The position numbers and the translations under genes are program-made. A stretch of 64,000 bases of DNA from Gemmatimonadales bacterium (GTDB lineage Bacteria > Gemmatimonadota > Gemmatimonadetes > Gemmatimonadales > Gemmatimonadaceae): the NCBI GenBank assembly GCA_038210005.1, contig JBBQXC010000002.1, positions 24,911-88,910 of the forward strand. Direction: 5' to 3'. This document shows, piece by piece, positions 27,846-39,049 of this stretch. The first letter of the stretch is position 1. Every line of letters begins with the position of its first letter. The notes under the pieces were generated by a model. The model saw only the letters and a list, made by a program, of their open reading frames with translations, was not told where the DNA came from and ran no database searches.

Positions 27846-29083
27846 ATCGAGGGATTCCCTTCGCCGGTGTGCCGGACGACGACTGGCGGTCACGCGCCGC
27901 CGACGTGATCCCCGGTGGGAGTTCAACCGGCAGCCGCCGCCCCGATGCGCTGTACGGGTCGAGGGCGTTCGATGCGGCCGTGCCGACGCACTACGAAAGG
28001 GCCGAGGGCTGCTACCTCTGGTCGCCCGACGGGCGGCGCTTCCTCGATTGCGGCATGGCGCTCGGTGCCGTCGGCATCGGGTATGCCGACGCCTCCGTGA
28101 CGCGAGCGGTCGTCGCCGCGGCGTCGAGCGGAAATGTGTCGGCGTTACCGCATCGACTCGAAGTGGAGGTCGCCGAACGACTCGTCGAGGTGATCCCGTC
28201 GGCCGAGCACGTGCGCTTTCTGCGCACCGGTGCCGAAGCCAATGCCGCCGCGATTCGACTCGCCCGCGCGCTCACGGGCCGCGAGCATATCATTGCGTGC
28301 GGCTACTTCGGATGGCTCGATTGGTGCAGCGATGCCGTCGGAGTGCCCACGTCGGTGAAGGACGCCATCACGTGGGTGCCGTTCAACGACATCGCGGCGC
28401 TCGACGCGGCGGTGTCTCGCGCGGCCGTCCCGCCGGCGGCCATCATCATTGAACCGCTCGTGCACGACATCGCGAGTGTGCCGTGGCTCGAATCCGCGCG
28501 CGGTCTGGCCGATCGCACGGGTGCGGTCCTCATCTTCGACGAGGTGAAGACCGCGTTCCGTGTGCGCACCGGAGGCGTGCAGGAACTCACGGGCGTCACC
28601 CCCGACCTCACGACACTCGGCAAAGCGATGGCCAACGGCTATCCGCTATCCGCCGTCGTTGGGCGCGCGGGCGTGATGGAGGCGGCACAGCGCACCTGGA
28701 TCTCGTCGACCGCCGCCACGGAAAGTACGGGACTCGCCGCCGCGAAGGCGGTGCTCGAATGGCATGAGCGGACGGACGTGCCCGAGCGTATGGCCGCCGC
28801 CGGCGGCAGGCTGCTCGAGATCATCGGCACAGCGCTGTCCGAGTCGCCGTGGGTGAGCGTGCGAGCCGAGGGGCCGCCCGCCATGTGGCGGCTGCTCGCC
28901 AAGGCGCCCGATCAGCTGGACGCGCTCGTGGCGGTTGCGGCTCGCTACGGACTGCTGCTCAAGCGCGGTGCCTACCAATTCGGAGCGGTTGCGCATGACG
29001 AGGCGGCGCTTGAATATGTCGCTCACGTGATGCCCCGCATCATGCACTCGCTGCTGCCGGGTCCACGACGCGTCGAGGATTGA
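27842..29083 (+). CDS. Class III PLP aminotransferase, glutamate-1-semialdehyde 2,1-aminomutase-like paralog
   Basis: HemL-like throughout: IPGGSSTGSR, IFDEVKTAFR, TPDLTTLGKAMANG (the PLP lysine). The GTG start overlaps the upstream TGA. Confidence 0.8.
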   Translation: MNRGIPFAGVPDDDWRSRAADVIPGGSSTGSRRPDALYGSRAFDAAVPTHYERAEGCYLWSPDGRRFLDCGMALGAVGIGYADASVTRAVVAAASSGNVSALPHRLEVEVAERLVEVIPSAEHVRFLRTGAEANAAAIRLARALTGREHIIACGYFGWLDWCSDAVGVPTSVKDAITWVPFNDIAALDAAVSRAAVPPAAIIIEPLVHDIASVPWLESARGLADRTGAVLIFDEVKTAFRVRTGGVQELTGVTPDLTTLGKAMANGYPLSAVVGRAGVMEAAQRTWISSTAATESTGLAAAKAVLEWHERTDVPERMAAAGGRLLEIIGTALSESPWVSVRAEGPPAMWRLLAKAPDQLDALVAVAARYGLLLKRGAYQFGAVAHDEAALEYVAHVMPRIMHSLLPGPRRVED

Positions 29084-29087
29084 CACG

Positions 29088-29939
29088 ATGACCGAATTGA
29101 TAGACGTCCACGCCCACTTTCATACCCCCTACAGCAATCGCGGCGATTGGCAGCGGTACAATGCGTCGCGCCTCGATGCCGGCGATCGCATCGGCGTCGC
29201 GTGCCACGTCGCGTCGGTGCTGGGGTCATGGGGGGCGACGTCACCGACGTATTTCGCGTCGCCGCCCGATCAGACGCGCGCGAACGAGTGGATGCTCGAC
29301 TTTGCTGAGCAACAATCGCCGCGCGTGAAAACGTGGGTCGCGGTGAATCCGAATTTTACGGCACACGCGCTCCGCGAAATCGAGCGCGGCATCGCGCGCG
29401 GTGCGATCGGGATCAAGCTGGCGGCCGGCCGTCGCGCCGACGATGCGCTGCTCGATGATATCGCCGCCGCCGCCGTGCAGTACGGTGTACCGGTGTTGCA
29501 GCACATCTGGCAGCATCGCCGGCGCGACTGGCCGAATCAGGACGCGTCCGACGGCATCGAGTTGGCACGCTTGGCGGCGCGTCATCCGAACGCCATTTTT
29601 CAGCTGGCGCATATCGGTGGCGGCGGCGATTGGGCCCACACGTATCCTGCCGTGCGCGATTTCGAGAACATCGTGATGGACTTGTCGGGCAGTGGCATCG
29701 ATCGTGGTATGATCGATGAAGCGCTGCGCTGGGTGGGAGCGCGTCGGCTGCTCTGGGGGGCTGATCTCACGCTCTGCACCGCCCTCGCGAAGTTGCGGGC
29801 CCTGCCGTACACCGGCGCGTCGAGCGACGATCTGGCTGATATGTGCTGGCGAAACGCCGTGCGTATTTTTCCAGCCGGCGCCTTCACGGAGGCGTTGGCG
29901 GCAGCGAACCGCTCCGTCGCGTCCGGAGCGTCGGCATGA
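29088..29939 (+). CDS. Amidohydro_2 (TIM-barrel metal-dependent hydrolase) family protein
   Basis: N-terminal IDVHAHFH motif with a metal-binding His pair. 283 aa. GAGGA upstream of the start. Confidence 0.7.
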   Translation: MTELIDVHAHFHTPYSNRGDWQRYNASRLDAGDRIGVACHVASVLGSWGATSPTYFASPPDQTRANEWMLDFAEQQSPRVKTWVAVNPNFTAHALREIERGIARGAIGIKLAAGRRADDALLDDIAAAAVQYGVPVLQHIWQHRRRDWPNQDASDGIELARLAARHPNAIFQLAHIGGGGDWAHTYPAVRDFENIVMDLSGSGIDRGMIDEALRWVGARRLLWGADLTLCTALAKLRALPYTGASSDDLADMCWRNAVRIFPAGAFTEALAAANRSVASGASA

Positions 29940-30850
29940 CGACCTCGGCGGCCCCCGATCCGCGTCCGATCGACGTCACGTCGTGGATCGGCAGCTATCC
30001 GTTCCGCGACGTGCCCCATCCTGATCCAGAGCTCCTGGTCCGCGTGCTCGACCGGGAAGGCTTCGCCGGCGCCTGGGTCGGCCATCTCCCCGGGGCGTTT
30101 CATCGGGATCCCGTACCCTCCAACCGCGCGCTGTACGCGGCGGTGCAGCCGTTCGCCGGCGTGTTGTTCCCCACGCCGATCGTGCGCCCCGATTGGCCGT
30201 ACTGGACCGAGATGCTGCGCGATGCGGTCAACGCTGGCGCGCCGGCGGTTCGGGCGTACCCGGCGCAGTGGGGCCTCGGGCCAGGGCATCCGGCGTTGGC
30301 TGAGCTCGCGATGGCCTGCGGTGAGGTCGGGGTCGCCCTGCATGTCACGCTTCGTTTCGAGGACCTACGGCAACGGCACCTCATGGATGCTGTCGGTGAC
30401 GTCCCCGCGGCCACCCTGCGGGCCCTCGCGCGACTGGCCGGATCGCGATGCCACGTGGTCGTTGCCGGCGCGGGTCGCGAGATCATCGAGGAGACGCACT
30501 GGGGACTGACACCGTCGGAACAGCAGCGCGTGTTCTACGACTTCGGCTGGGTTTGGGGACCGCCCGACGATCACTTCGCGCATCTCGTCGACACCATGGG
30601 CGCCGAGCGGTTAACCTGGAGCAGCTGGTGGCCACTGCGGCTCACGCAGCAGTCGCGGGCCTTGGTTGATCTCCTGCCGCAGCACGCGACGTCCCCGATT
30701 TCCGACACCACCGGTGCCGATGGTTTTGCCGATGGTTTTGCCGATGGTTTTGCCGATGGACGGAAAATTTTCGAGGCCGCGCAGCGTGCGGCCCAGTCTG
30801 GACTTGGCTCTGAAAACAGCGCGGGAACCGCGCCTCGCACCAATCGTTGA
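29936..30850 (+). CDS. Amidohydro_2-like paralog with a degenerate metal site and a repeat-containing C-terminal tail
   Basis: The start overlaps the previous stop (ATGA) after a GGAG. The equivalent N-terminal strand reads IDVTSWIGSYP, so the HxH pair is lost. The C-terminal tail contains GADGFADGFADGFADG. Confidence 0.6.
   Translation: MTTSAAPDPRPIDVTSWIGSYPFRDVPHPDPELLVRVLDREGFAGAWVGHLPGAFHRDPVPSNRALYAAVQPFAGVLFPTPIVRPDWPYWTEMLRDAVNAGAPAVRAYPAQWGLGPGHPALAELAMACGEVGVALHVTLRFEDLRQRHLMDAVGDVPAATLRALARLAGSRCHVVVAGAGREIIEETHWGLTPSEQQRVFYDFGWVWGPPDDHFAHLVDTMGAERLTWSSWWPLRLTQQSRALVDLLPQHATSPISDTTGADGFADGFADGFADGRKIFEAAQRAAQSGLGSENSAGTAPRTNR
30716..30760 (+). repeat. In-frame tandem repeat, 3.75 copies of the 12-nt unit gccgatggtttt (ADGF)
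   Basis: Perfect copies at 30716-30727, 30728-30739 and 30740-30751, plus a partial copy. The ggtttt codons are unusually AT-rich for this genome. Confidence 0.8.
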
Positions 30851-31035
30851 TCGTGCAAGCAGAAAGTTCCCTCAAACCGTGTTGTGTACTGTGCTGACAC
30901 TTGCGTATCAATACGGCGGCGGGCATACTTCCCGCTTGCAAAAATCGAGTTGACACAGACTTACACGCATGACTACGGCTACGGGTCGTCACCGGACAAT
31001 CGGGGCGGATTCGGCGTTGGGGTTGTGCATGACGT

Positions 31036-31692
31036 GTGTCTTCCGCATCCAACGCCTTCCCGGCCCCAAAGTCGATGACGGTAAAGAAGAAGTGGACGGT
31101 GATTCCTGCGTTTCTCGCGCTTGCGGCAGCGGCCACGCTGCTGTCGGCCTATAGCGGCGCATCGTCGTCTCAGGGTCTGCGCGTCGAACAACCCGTCAAG
31201 TTTGTTCACGCACCGCACGTGCAGAAGGCAGGCATGAACTGCCTCTACTGTCATAGCGCTGCGAACAAGTCGCCCGATCCGGGCAATGCGTCGGTCTCCA
31301 CCTGCATGGGCTGTCACCTCCTGGTGAAGCCACAAGCACCGGAGATCAAGAAGATCGCAGCGTTCTACGCGAAGGGGCAGGCGATTCCCTGGAATCGCGT
31401 GCACAAGGTGCCTGACTATGTGCAGTTCCCGCACATGCGTCACGTCAACGCTGGTGTCACCTGTCAGACCTGTCATGGCCAGATCCAGAATCAGGGTGCT
31501 CAGGGACCTGACACCAATTACGTGCCCGTCCAGCAGGTGAACTCGCTCAACATGGGCTGGTGCATCAACTGTCACGTGCAGGGCTACAAGCCTGCTGAGG
31601 GTGCTCGCCTGGCTGGAATGCCGGTGACCCCCGAACTGCTGGCCGCACCGCCCAAGAAAGCTCGCTACGACTGCGCGACCTGCCACTACTGA
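31036..31692 (+). CDS. actA: Alternative Complex III subunit ActA, pentaheme cytochrome c
   Basis: Five CxxCH motifs (CLYCH, CMGCH, CQTCH, CINCH, CATCH). An N-terminal membrane anchor. The ATG at 31075 (MTVKKKW) is an alternative start. Confidence 0.8.
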   Translation: MSSASNAFPAPKSMTVKKKWTVIPAFLALAAAATLLSAYSGASSSQGLRVEQPVKFVHAPHVQKAGMNCLYCHSAANKSPDPGNASVSTCMGCHLLVKPQAPEIKKIAAFYAKGQAIPWNRVHKVPDYVQFPHMRHVNAGVTCQTCHGQIQNQGAQGPDTNYVPVQQVNSLNMGWCINCHVQGYKPAEGARLAGMPVTPELLAAPPKKARYDCATCHY

Positions 31693-31778
31693 TCGTCATC
31701 TGACCCTCGACCACGGGGCCACGGCGCGTAGTGTGCGTGCCGCATGCCCTGTGCAGCCGCCCGGAGCGGAGTGACTGC

Positions 31779-34700
31779 ATGAGCACTGAAGCGGGAACCG
31801 GCGTCAAGCGCCGAGACTTCCTCAAGATTTTAGGCGCCACGGGTGCCACGACCGCGGTAGTGGGCTGCTCCTCCGAAAAGGTGGGGAAGCTCATTCCGTA
31901 CGTCGCGTCACCTGACAACACCGTGCCGGGTGTGTCGCAGTATTACGCGACCACCTGCCGCGAGTGCGCCACGGCCTGCGGCGTGATGGCCGAAGTGCGC
32001 GACGGCCGGCCGATCAAACTGGATGGCAACCCCGATCACCCCCTCAGCCGCGGCGCGATCTGCTCCGTTGGCCTGTCAGCGGTGCAGGGCTTGTACAATC
32101 CCGATCGCTATCGCACGCCGATGGTGCGCGAGGGCAACGCCCTCAAGCCCACCACGTGGGATAAGGCGTATGAGCTGCTCGCCCAGAAGATCGGCGAGGT
32201 CAAAAGCCGCACGCAGGCGTCGAACGTCGTGTTCGTCAACCAGCACGAGTCGGGCACCTTCCCGGGCTTCCTCGATCAGTGGCTGTCAGCGCAGGGCATG
32301 CCGGCGCACCTCAGCGTCGATGCACTCGCGCCGTTGGCCACGATCGCCGCCAATCAGCAGGCGTACGGTGCCTCGTGGCCGGCGCTCGATTTCAACGCCG
32401 CGAAGCTGGTCATCAGCTTCGGCGCCGACTTCCTGGACGGGTGGGGCCACAGCGTACCGCAGCAGCTCGACTGGGCCGATGCGCGCGCCAAGCTCGAAGG
32501 CGCTCCGCGTCTGGTGTACGTCGGCGCGCGCCGCTCCCTCACCGGCCTCAACGCCGACCAGTGGATCGCCGCCACGCCCGGGAGCGAGCGGGAGATCTGT
32601 GCTGCCCTCACGGGCGCGGGCACGATGGCCGCTGCCTCCGATGCCTCGGGGGTGCCCGTTGCGACGCTCGAAGCGCTCGCCAAGGCCATCGCCAACGCCG
32701 GAAGCGGCGTGATGGCGATCTGCGGTCTCACGACCGCCAATGCCGTCGAGTGCGGCGTGATGGTGGCCGGTATCAACAAGAAGGCCGGCGCGGTCGGAAC
32801 CACGATCAAGCCCGCCGCTGGGCATGCTGGCTACAACGGCCTCTCGTCCTATGCCGATCTCGCCGGAGCCGTCGCCAAGATGAGCGCGGGCAGCGTCCCG
32901 CTCGCCTTCGTGCGGGGCGCCAACCCGGCACACACCATGCCGAAGTCGGCCGGCTTCGCCGCCGCCTTTGCCAAGGTGCCGTTCAAGGTGTCGTTCACGT
33001 CGGTCCCCGACGAAACGGCGCAGCTCTGTGATCTCATTCTGCCCGATAATCATTGGCTCGAGAGCTGGGGCGATGCCGTCAGCACGCAGGGCCAGATTGG
33101 ACTCCAGCAGCCCACGCTCGAACCGGTGTTCGACACGAAGGCCACCGCCGACGTGCTCATCGCCCTCGCCAAGAAAGATCAGGCGCTCGCCGCCAAGTAC
33201 ACGGCCGCCGATTACCGCGGCTGGTTCATCAGCCAGTTCCCCGGTGGTGGCTCGGCGTTCACGGTGGCGCTCACGAAGGCGACCATCAGCGGCTCCCCGC
33301 TGATCGCCACCGCCACGCGCTCGCTGACCGCCACCGCCTCGCCGGCCGATGCCGGTACCGGTGACTATTTCGTGCATGTGTTCCCGTCGCCCACGCTCGG
33401 CGATGGTCGTGGGGCGAACAAGCCCTGGTTGCAGGAACTCCCCGATCCCGTCACCAAGATCGCGTGGCAGTCGTGGGTGGAAGTCCACCCCACCACGTTC
33501 AAGAAGCTCGGACTCGTGGAAGGGCAGCACCTCACCGTCGAAACGTCCGCGGGGAAGATCACCGCGCCGGCGTACCGCTACATGGGCGTGCGTCCCGACA
33601 CCGTCGCCATCTCGCTCGGTCTCGGACACACGGCGTACGGTCGCTTCGCGCAGAACGTCGGCGTGAATGCGTTCGATCTCGTCAAGAGCGGCTGGGATGC
33701 GTCCGGTGCGCTCGCGCTCTCCGGAACCAAGGGCAAGGTCACCGTCTCGGCCGACACGTCGCAACTCGTCACCACCGAAGGGTCGGCGCGTCAGCATGGC
33801 CGTGGCATCGGTCAGGCCATGACGCTCGCCGCACTCCTTGGTCAGGAAGCCGAGGAAGGCGGACACGAGGAGCATAGCATCCCAGGTCTGCCGTCACAGG
33901 ATTTCAAGGCTGGCCTCAAGGCGCCGGTCGCGGCTGATGCGCAGGGTGAGCTGGCCAACCCGAAGGCGAAGGACCTCGGGATGTACGCCCCCGATCACGT
34001 GCAGAAGATGGAGAAGCGCCGCTGGGCGATGACCATCGATCTCGCACGGTGCACGGGCTGTTCGGCGTGCGTCACGGCGTGCTACAGCGAGAACAACATT
34101 CCGACGGTCGGCGCACCCTATCAGGGTCGCGCGCTGAGCCCGACGGTATGGGATGAGCGGCCCGGCGCGAACATCATCAAGGGCCGCGAAATGGCCTGGA
34201 TTCGCCTCGAGCGTTACTACGAAGGCAACGAGAACACGGAAAACGAGTTCTCGCCCGACTTCGATACGCGCTTCGTGCCGATGATGTGCCAGCATTGCGG
34301 CAACGCGCCATGCGAGCCGGTGTGCCCGGTGTACGCCACGTACCACTCGCCCGACGGCCTCAACGTGCAGGTCTACAATCGTTGCGTCGGTACCCGCTAC
34401 TGCAGCAACAACTGCCCGTACAAGGTCCGCTACTTCAACTGGTTCGGATACGGTGAGCCGGATCGCAAGCAGTATGCGTGGCCGGAGCCGATGCACTGGG
34501 GCCTCAATCCCGACGTCACCGTGCGCGGCAAGGGTGTCATGGAAAAGTGCACGTTCTGCGTGCAGCGCATCCGTGAAGCCGAACACCGCGCCAAGGCCGA
34601 AGGCCGTGAGGTCAAGCCGGACGAGTTCACGACAGCGTGCTCGCAGGCATGCCCGTCGCGCGCCATCATCTTCGGTGACGCGGCCGACGAAAACTGGACC

Positions 34701-34823
34701 GTAGCGAAGCTCGCATATGACCGTCGTGCATACCACGTGTTCGAAGAACTGAATACGTATACCGCCGTGGTCTATCTCAAGAAGGTCAACTATCCGGCGC
34801 CGGCATCCCCGGCGCAGGCCTGA
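31779..34823 (+). CDS. actB: Alternative Complex III subunit ActB (fused molybdopterin-oxidoreductase-like and 4Fe-4S ferredoxin domains), Tat-exported
   Basis: Tat motif RRDFLK. CISM-like N-terminal half. Multiple Cys clusters in the C-terminal half (CTGCSACVTAC, CQHCGNAPCEPVCP). 1015 aa. GGAG upstream. Confidence 0.85.
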   Translation: MSTEAGTGVKRRDFLKILGATGATTAVVGCSSEKVGKLIPYVASPDNTVPGVSQYYATTCRECATACGVMAEVRDGRPIKLDGNPDHPLSRGAICSVGLSAVQGLYNPDRYRTPMVREGNALKPTTWDKAYELLAQKIGEVKSRTQASNVVFVNQHESGTFPGFLDQWLSAQGMPAHLSVDALAPLATIAANQQAYGASWPALDFNAAKLVISFGADFLDGWGHSVPQQLDWADARAKLEGAPRLVYVGARRSLTGLNADQWIAATPGSEREICAALTGAGTMAAASDASGVPVATLEALAKAIANAGSGVMAICGLTTANAVECGVMVAGINKKAGAVGTTIKPAAGHAGYNGLSSYADLAGAVAKMSAGSVPLAFVRGANPAHTMPKSAGFAAAFAKVPFKVSFTSVPDETAQLCDLILPDNHWLESWGDAVSTQGQIGLQQPTLEPVFDTKATADVLIALAKKDQALAAKYTAADYRGWFISQFPGGGSAFTVALTKATISGSPLIATATRSLTATASPADAGTGDYFVHVFPSPTLGDGRGANKPWLQELPDPVTKIAWQSWVEVHPTTFKKLGLVEGQHLTVETSAGKITAPAYRYMGVRPDTVAISLGLGHTAYGRFAQNVGVNAFDLVKSGWDASGALALSGTKGKVTVSADTSQLVTTEGSARQHGRGIGQAMTLAALLGQEAEEGGHEEHSIPGLPSQDFKAGLKAPVAADAQGELANPKAKDLGMYAPDHVQKMEKRRWAMTIDLARCTGCSACVTACYSENNIPTVGAPYQGRALSPTVWDERPGANIIKGREMAWIRLERYYEGNENTENEFSPDFDTRFVPMMCQHCGNAPCEPVCPVYATYHSPDGLNVQVYNRCVGTRYCSNNCPYKVRYFNWFGYGEPDRKQYAWPEPMHWGLNPDVTVRGKGVMEKCTFCVQRIREAEHRAKAEGREVKPDEFTTACSQACPSRAIIFGDAADENWTVAKLAYDRRAYHVFEELNTYTAVVYLKKVNYPAPASPAQA

Positions 34824-34834
34824 GGGCATCGCGC

Positions 34835-36237
<1,403 letters not shown>

Positions 36238-36238
<1 letters not shown>

Positions 36239-36738
36239 TGCAGGGTGTTGTCGGAGCATTCCATGAGATCGATACGACCGTTGCGGCCATCGAAGATCTC
36301 AAAAAGAAGAAACTCGGCGATGTGACTGTTTACTCGCCGACCATTCGCCATGAACTCGAGCATGCGATCGATGCGCCGCAAAGCGTCGTTCGCCGGTTCA
36401 CCCTGATCGGCGGCCTCATCGGCGTCAGCTTCGGCTACTGGATGGCTATCTGGTCGTCCACCTACTGGCCCCTCGTGGTCGGTGGCAAGGCGATCGCCTC
36501 GTGGATCCCTTACACCATCATCGGATTCGAAGTGATGGTGCTCGTCGGCGCGCTTTCCACGGTGGCCGGCATGTTCATCAATTCGCGCATCCCGCGCCTC
36601 AGCACCACGTCGGGGTATGACACCCGGTTCTCGGGTGGATACTTCGGTGTCTTCATCGCCTGCGACGCCAACAAGGCGGGCCAGGCGGAAGAACTGCTGC
36701 GCCATCACGGTGCAGTGGAGGTGCGGCGTGAAGCCTGA
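36238..36738 (+). CDS. actD: Alternative Complex III subunit ActD (DUF3341)
   Basis: 166 aa. The ATG overlaps the actC stop (TGATG). It has two TM helices, as in ActD. Confidence 0.7.
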
Positions 36739-36751
36739 GCCTACGTTCTTC

Positions 36752-37585
36752 ATGACTTCTGTCGTCGCGCGCTCGTCGCGCCTCGCGGCCGCCGTCGTGC
36801 TCCCCTTTGCATTCGGGGCGTGCACATGGTTCACCGACTTCAAGAATCAGCCTCGTATCGAGCCGTGGGAGCCGATGTCGCAAAACGACGCCGACTCGCT
36901 CGTGCCGCCGCGTGGTAATCCGCAGTTCAGCGTGCCGGTCCAGGGAACCGCCGTCGCCGGTTACCAGATCTCGTACGCCCCGCTGCCGCCGGTGATCGAT
37001 TCGTTCTCCGCCATTCCGAACCCGCATCCGGTCACGGAAGCGTCGCTCGCGAACGGCAAGTTGAACTACCAGATCAACTGCGCCGTTTGCCATGGGATGG
37101 CGGGCGATGCGAACGGCGGGATGAAGAAGGTGAATCCCGCGTATGGGTTCGCCCCAAGCTTGCTGGCGCCGTCGGCCCTCGGCCGCACGGACGGCTACAT
37201 CTACGGCGTCCTGCGCAACGGCCGCGGTATCATGCCCAGCTACAACCGTATTGAAGAAGCGGACCGCTGGGACGTGATCAATTACGTCCGGGCGTTGCAG
37301 GGCACGACCACGCTCAAGGCCGACACGTTGCTGGCGGGCTATCCCGGTCAGAACGGCACCACGGTGCCGGGACCGACGCTCACCGCGCCGAATGTGCCGT
37401 CGCGTTACCTGCATCCCACGCAGCAGCCGACGCCCGGTTCCTCGGGCATCAATTCGGCCACCTTCAAGGGCAACAACGACAACGACACCATGCGAAAGCT
37501 GCATGGCGCTCCGCACTCGGAAAAGGCTCCTGCTGGTGAGACGTCCAAGGCCGGTAAACCGGCCGCGAGCCAGGAGAAGCACTAG
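36752..37585 (+). CDS. actE: Alternative Complex III subunit ActE, lipoprotein monoheme cytochrome c with a long low-complexity C-terminal tail
   Basis: Lipoprotein signal MTSVVARSSRLAAAVVLPFAFGAC. A single CAVCH heme motif. The C-terminal ~60 aa are Pro/Gly/Ser/Lys-rich. A GTG at 36728 is an alternative start. Confidence 0.75.
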   Translation: MTSVVARSSRLAAAVVLPFAFGACTWFTDFKNQPRIEPWEPMSQNDADSLVPPRGNPQFSVPVQGTAVAGYQISYAPLPPVIDSFSAIPNPHPVTEASLANGKLNYQINCAVCHGMAGDANGGMKKVNPAYGFAPSLLAPSALGRTDGYIYGVLRNGRGIMPSYNRIEEADRWDVINYVRALQGTTTLKADTLLAGYPGQNGTTVPGPTLTAPNVPSRYLHPTQQPTPGSSGINSATFKGNNDNDTMRKLHGAPHSEKAPAGETSKAGKPAASQEKH

Positions 37586-38913
37586 TGAGCCAGCATTACC
37601 ACTATCCGGCGCGCGCGGAGTTCGCGAAGCGTCTGGCCGCCAAGCCGGTTCCGGGCGGAATCAAGATGGCCGCGCTCGGCGCGGCCGTGGTCGGCATCGC
37701 AGTGTTCGCCTTCGGTCTGTTCAGCAACGCGGATCGCGCGTGGCAGGCACTGCACTTCAACTGGTTGTTCTTCGCCACGATCTCGTCGGCCGGTGTGGCG
37801 TTTGCCGCCGTTCAACGGATCGTGACGGCGCGCTGGTCGCGGCCCGTCGTCCGTTTCGCGGAAGGTTACGTCGCGTTCCTGCCGGTCGCGTTCGTGATAC
37901 TGCTGCTCATCCTGTTCCCGGGACGCGAGCACATTTTCACGTGGGCTGGTCGCGAGACCGTCTCGATTGCCGAAAAGGCGCGCTACCTGCAGCCCGGTTG
38001 GTTCGTGCTGCGCGGCGTCTTCTTCTTCGGCGCCATGATGGTGCTGCAGCTGCTGTTCGTGTATCACTCGGTCCGTATGGACGTCGCCGTCCTTCCTGAG
38101 TACGGCGCCAAGTGGGCGGCCGGTCTTCGCGCCAAGATGCGCGCAGGCTTCGGCGACGAACGTCGCGAGCTGCACACGCAGCATTCGCTGCAGGGCAAGC
38201 TCGGCGTCGCCGTCTGCATTTCGTTCGTCGTCGGCTGGTGCTTCATGGCGTGGGATTACTCCATGAGCATCTCGTTGCACTTCCAGCAGACGATGTACGC
38301 CTGGATTGTGTTCATGGGCGCGTGGCTCAACATGATCATGTCGCTGTCCCTCCTCGCGATGTGGTGGCGGAAGCACCTGCAGGCCGATGACATCGTGACC
38401 ATGGATCACTTCTGGGATCTCGGGAAGCTGGGTTTCGCCTTCACGGCGTTCTTCGGGTACATCAGCTTCAGCCAGTACTTGGTGATCTGGTACGGCAACC
38501 TGCCGGAAGAGACGCACTTCTATCGCCTGCGTTTGTCGGGTGTCTGGAAGACGGTCACGCTCATGGTGCCGATCCTGGTCTTCATTCTGCCGTTCTTCGG
38601 TCTCATCTCGAAGGCCGCCAAGGTGTATCTGCCCACGTTCGTGCTCTTCGCCGTGTGCAGCCTCCTTGGCATCTATCTCCATCGCTACATCGAGATCTAT
38701 CCGTCCATCTACGGCGAGGCCACGAGCCTTCCGTTCGGACTGCAGGAAATCGGCACCACCGTCGGCTTCCTCGGTCTGTGGGCGTTCTGCTACTTCTCGT
38801 TCATGGATGCATTCCCCGTCATGCGTGTGTTCATGATGACGACGGCCGCCAAGGACGAGGTGCAGGTCCCGGTAAACGCTCGCACGATGGAGCCGCTCCC
38901 CGCGCACGAGTAA
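37585..38913 (+). CDS. actF: Alternative Complex III subunit ActF (NrfD-like membrane protein)
   Basis: 442 aa. The GTG start overlaps the actE TAG, with AGGAG upstream. About 10 TM helices; a paralog of ActC. Confidence 0.8.
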   Translation: MSQHYHYPARAEFAKRLAAKPVPGGIKMAALGAAVVGIAVFAFGLFSNADRAWQALHFNWLFFATISSAGVAFAAVQRIVTARWSRPVVRFAEGYVAFLPVAFVILLLILFPGREHIFTWAGRETVSIAEKARYLQPGWFVLRGVFFFGAMMVLQLLFVYHSVRMDVAVLPEYGAKWAAGLRAKMRAGFGDERRELHTQHSLQGKLGVAVCISFVVGWCFMAWDYSMSISLHFQQTMYAWIVFMGAWLNMIMSLSLLAMWWRKHLQADDIVTMDHFWDLGKLGFAFTAFFGYISFSQYLVIWYGNLPEETHFYRLRLSGVWKTVTLMVPILVFILPFFGLISKAAKVYLPTFVLFAVCSLLGIYLHRYIEIYPSIYGEATSLPFGLQEIGTTVGFLGLWAFCYFSFMDAFPVMRVFMMTTAAKDEVQVPVNARTMEPLPAHE

Positions 38914-38948
38914 TCGCGACGGGACGGTTCGGCGAAACGGTTCGAACG

Positions 38949-38990
38949 AAGCGGGCGGGCACGCTACGGTGCTCGCCCGCTTGCGATTTT
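38949..38990 (+). terminator. Rho-independent terminator after actF
   Basis: 14-bp stem aagcgggcgggcac / gtgctcgcccgctt with one mismatch and loop gctacg, followed by gcgattttg. Confidence 0.6.
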
Positions 38991-39049
38991 GCATCGGAGC
39001 GATTGGCTCCGGGCGGGGAACTGATTATTCTTCAATGTTGGTGTTACTC

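Noticed and set aside
30949-30954. Perfect TTGACA hexamer upstream of actA
   Set aside because: There is no acceptable -10 element 16-19 nt downstream (CTACGG or TACGGC). The weaker TTGCGT-17-CATACT at 30901 is the better candidate.
30884-31078. 64-aa ORF in the ACIII leader
   Set aside because: It overlaps the actA start, has no SD, and its composition is unlike neighbouring genes. It is more likely non-coding leader sequence.
37741-37760. TGGCAG ... GCAC sequence resembling a sigma54 -24/-12 element
   Set aside because: It is inside the actF coding region, and the spacing does not fit GG-N10-GC.
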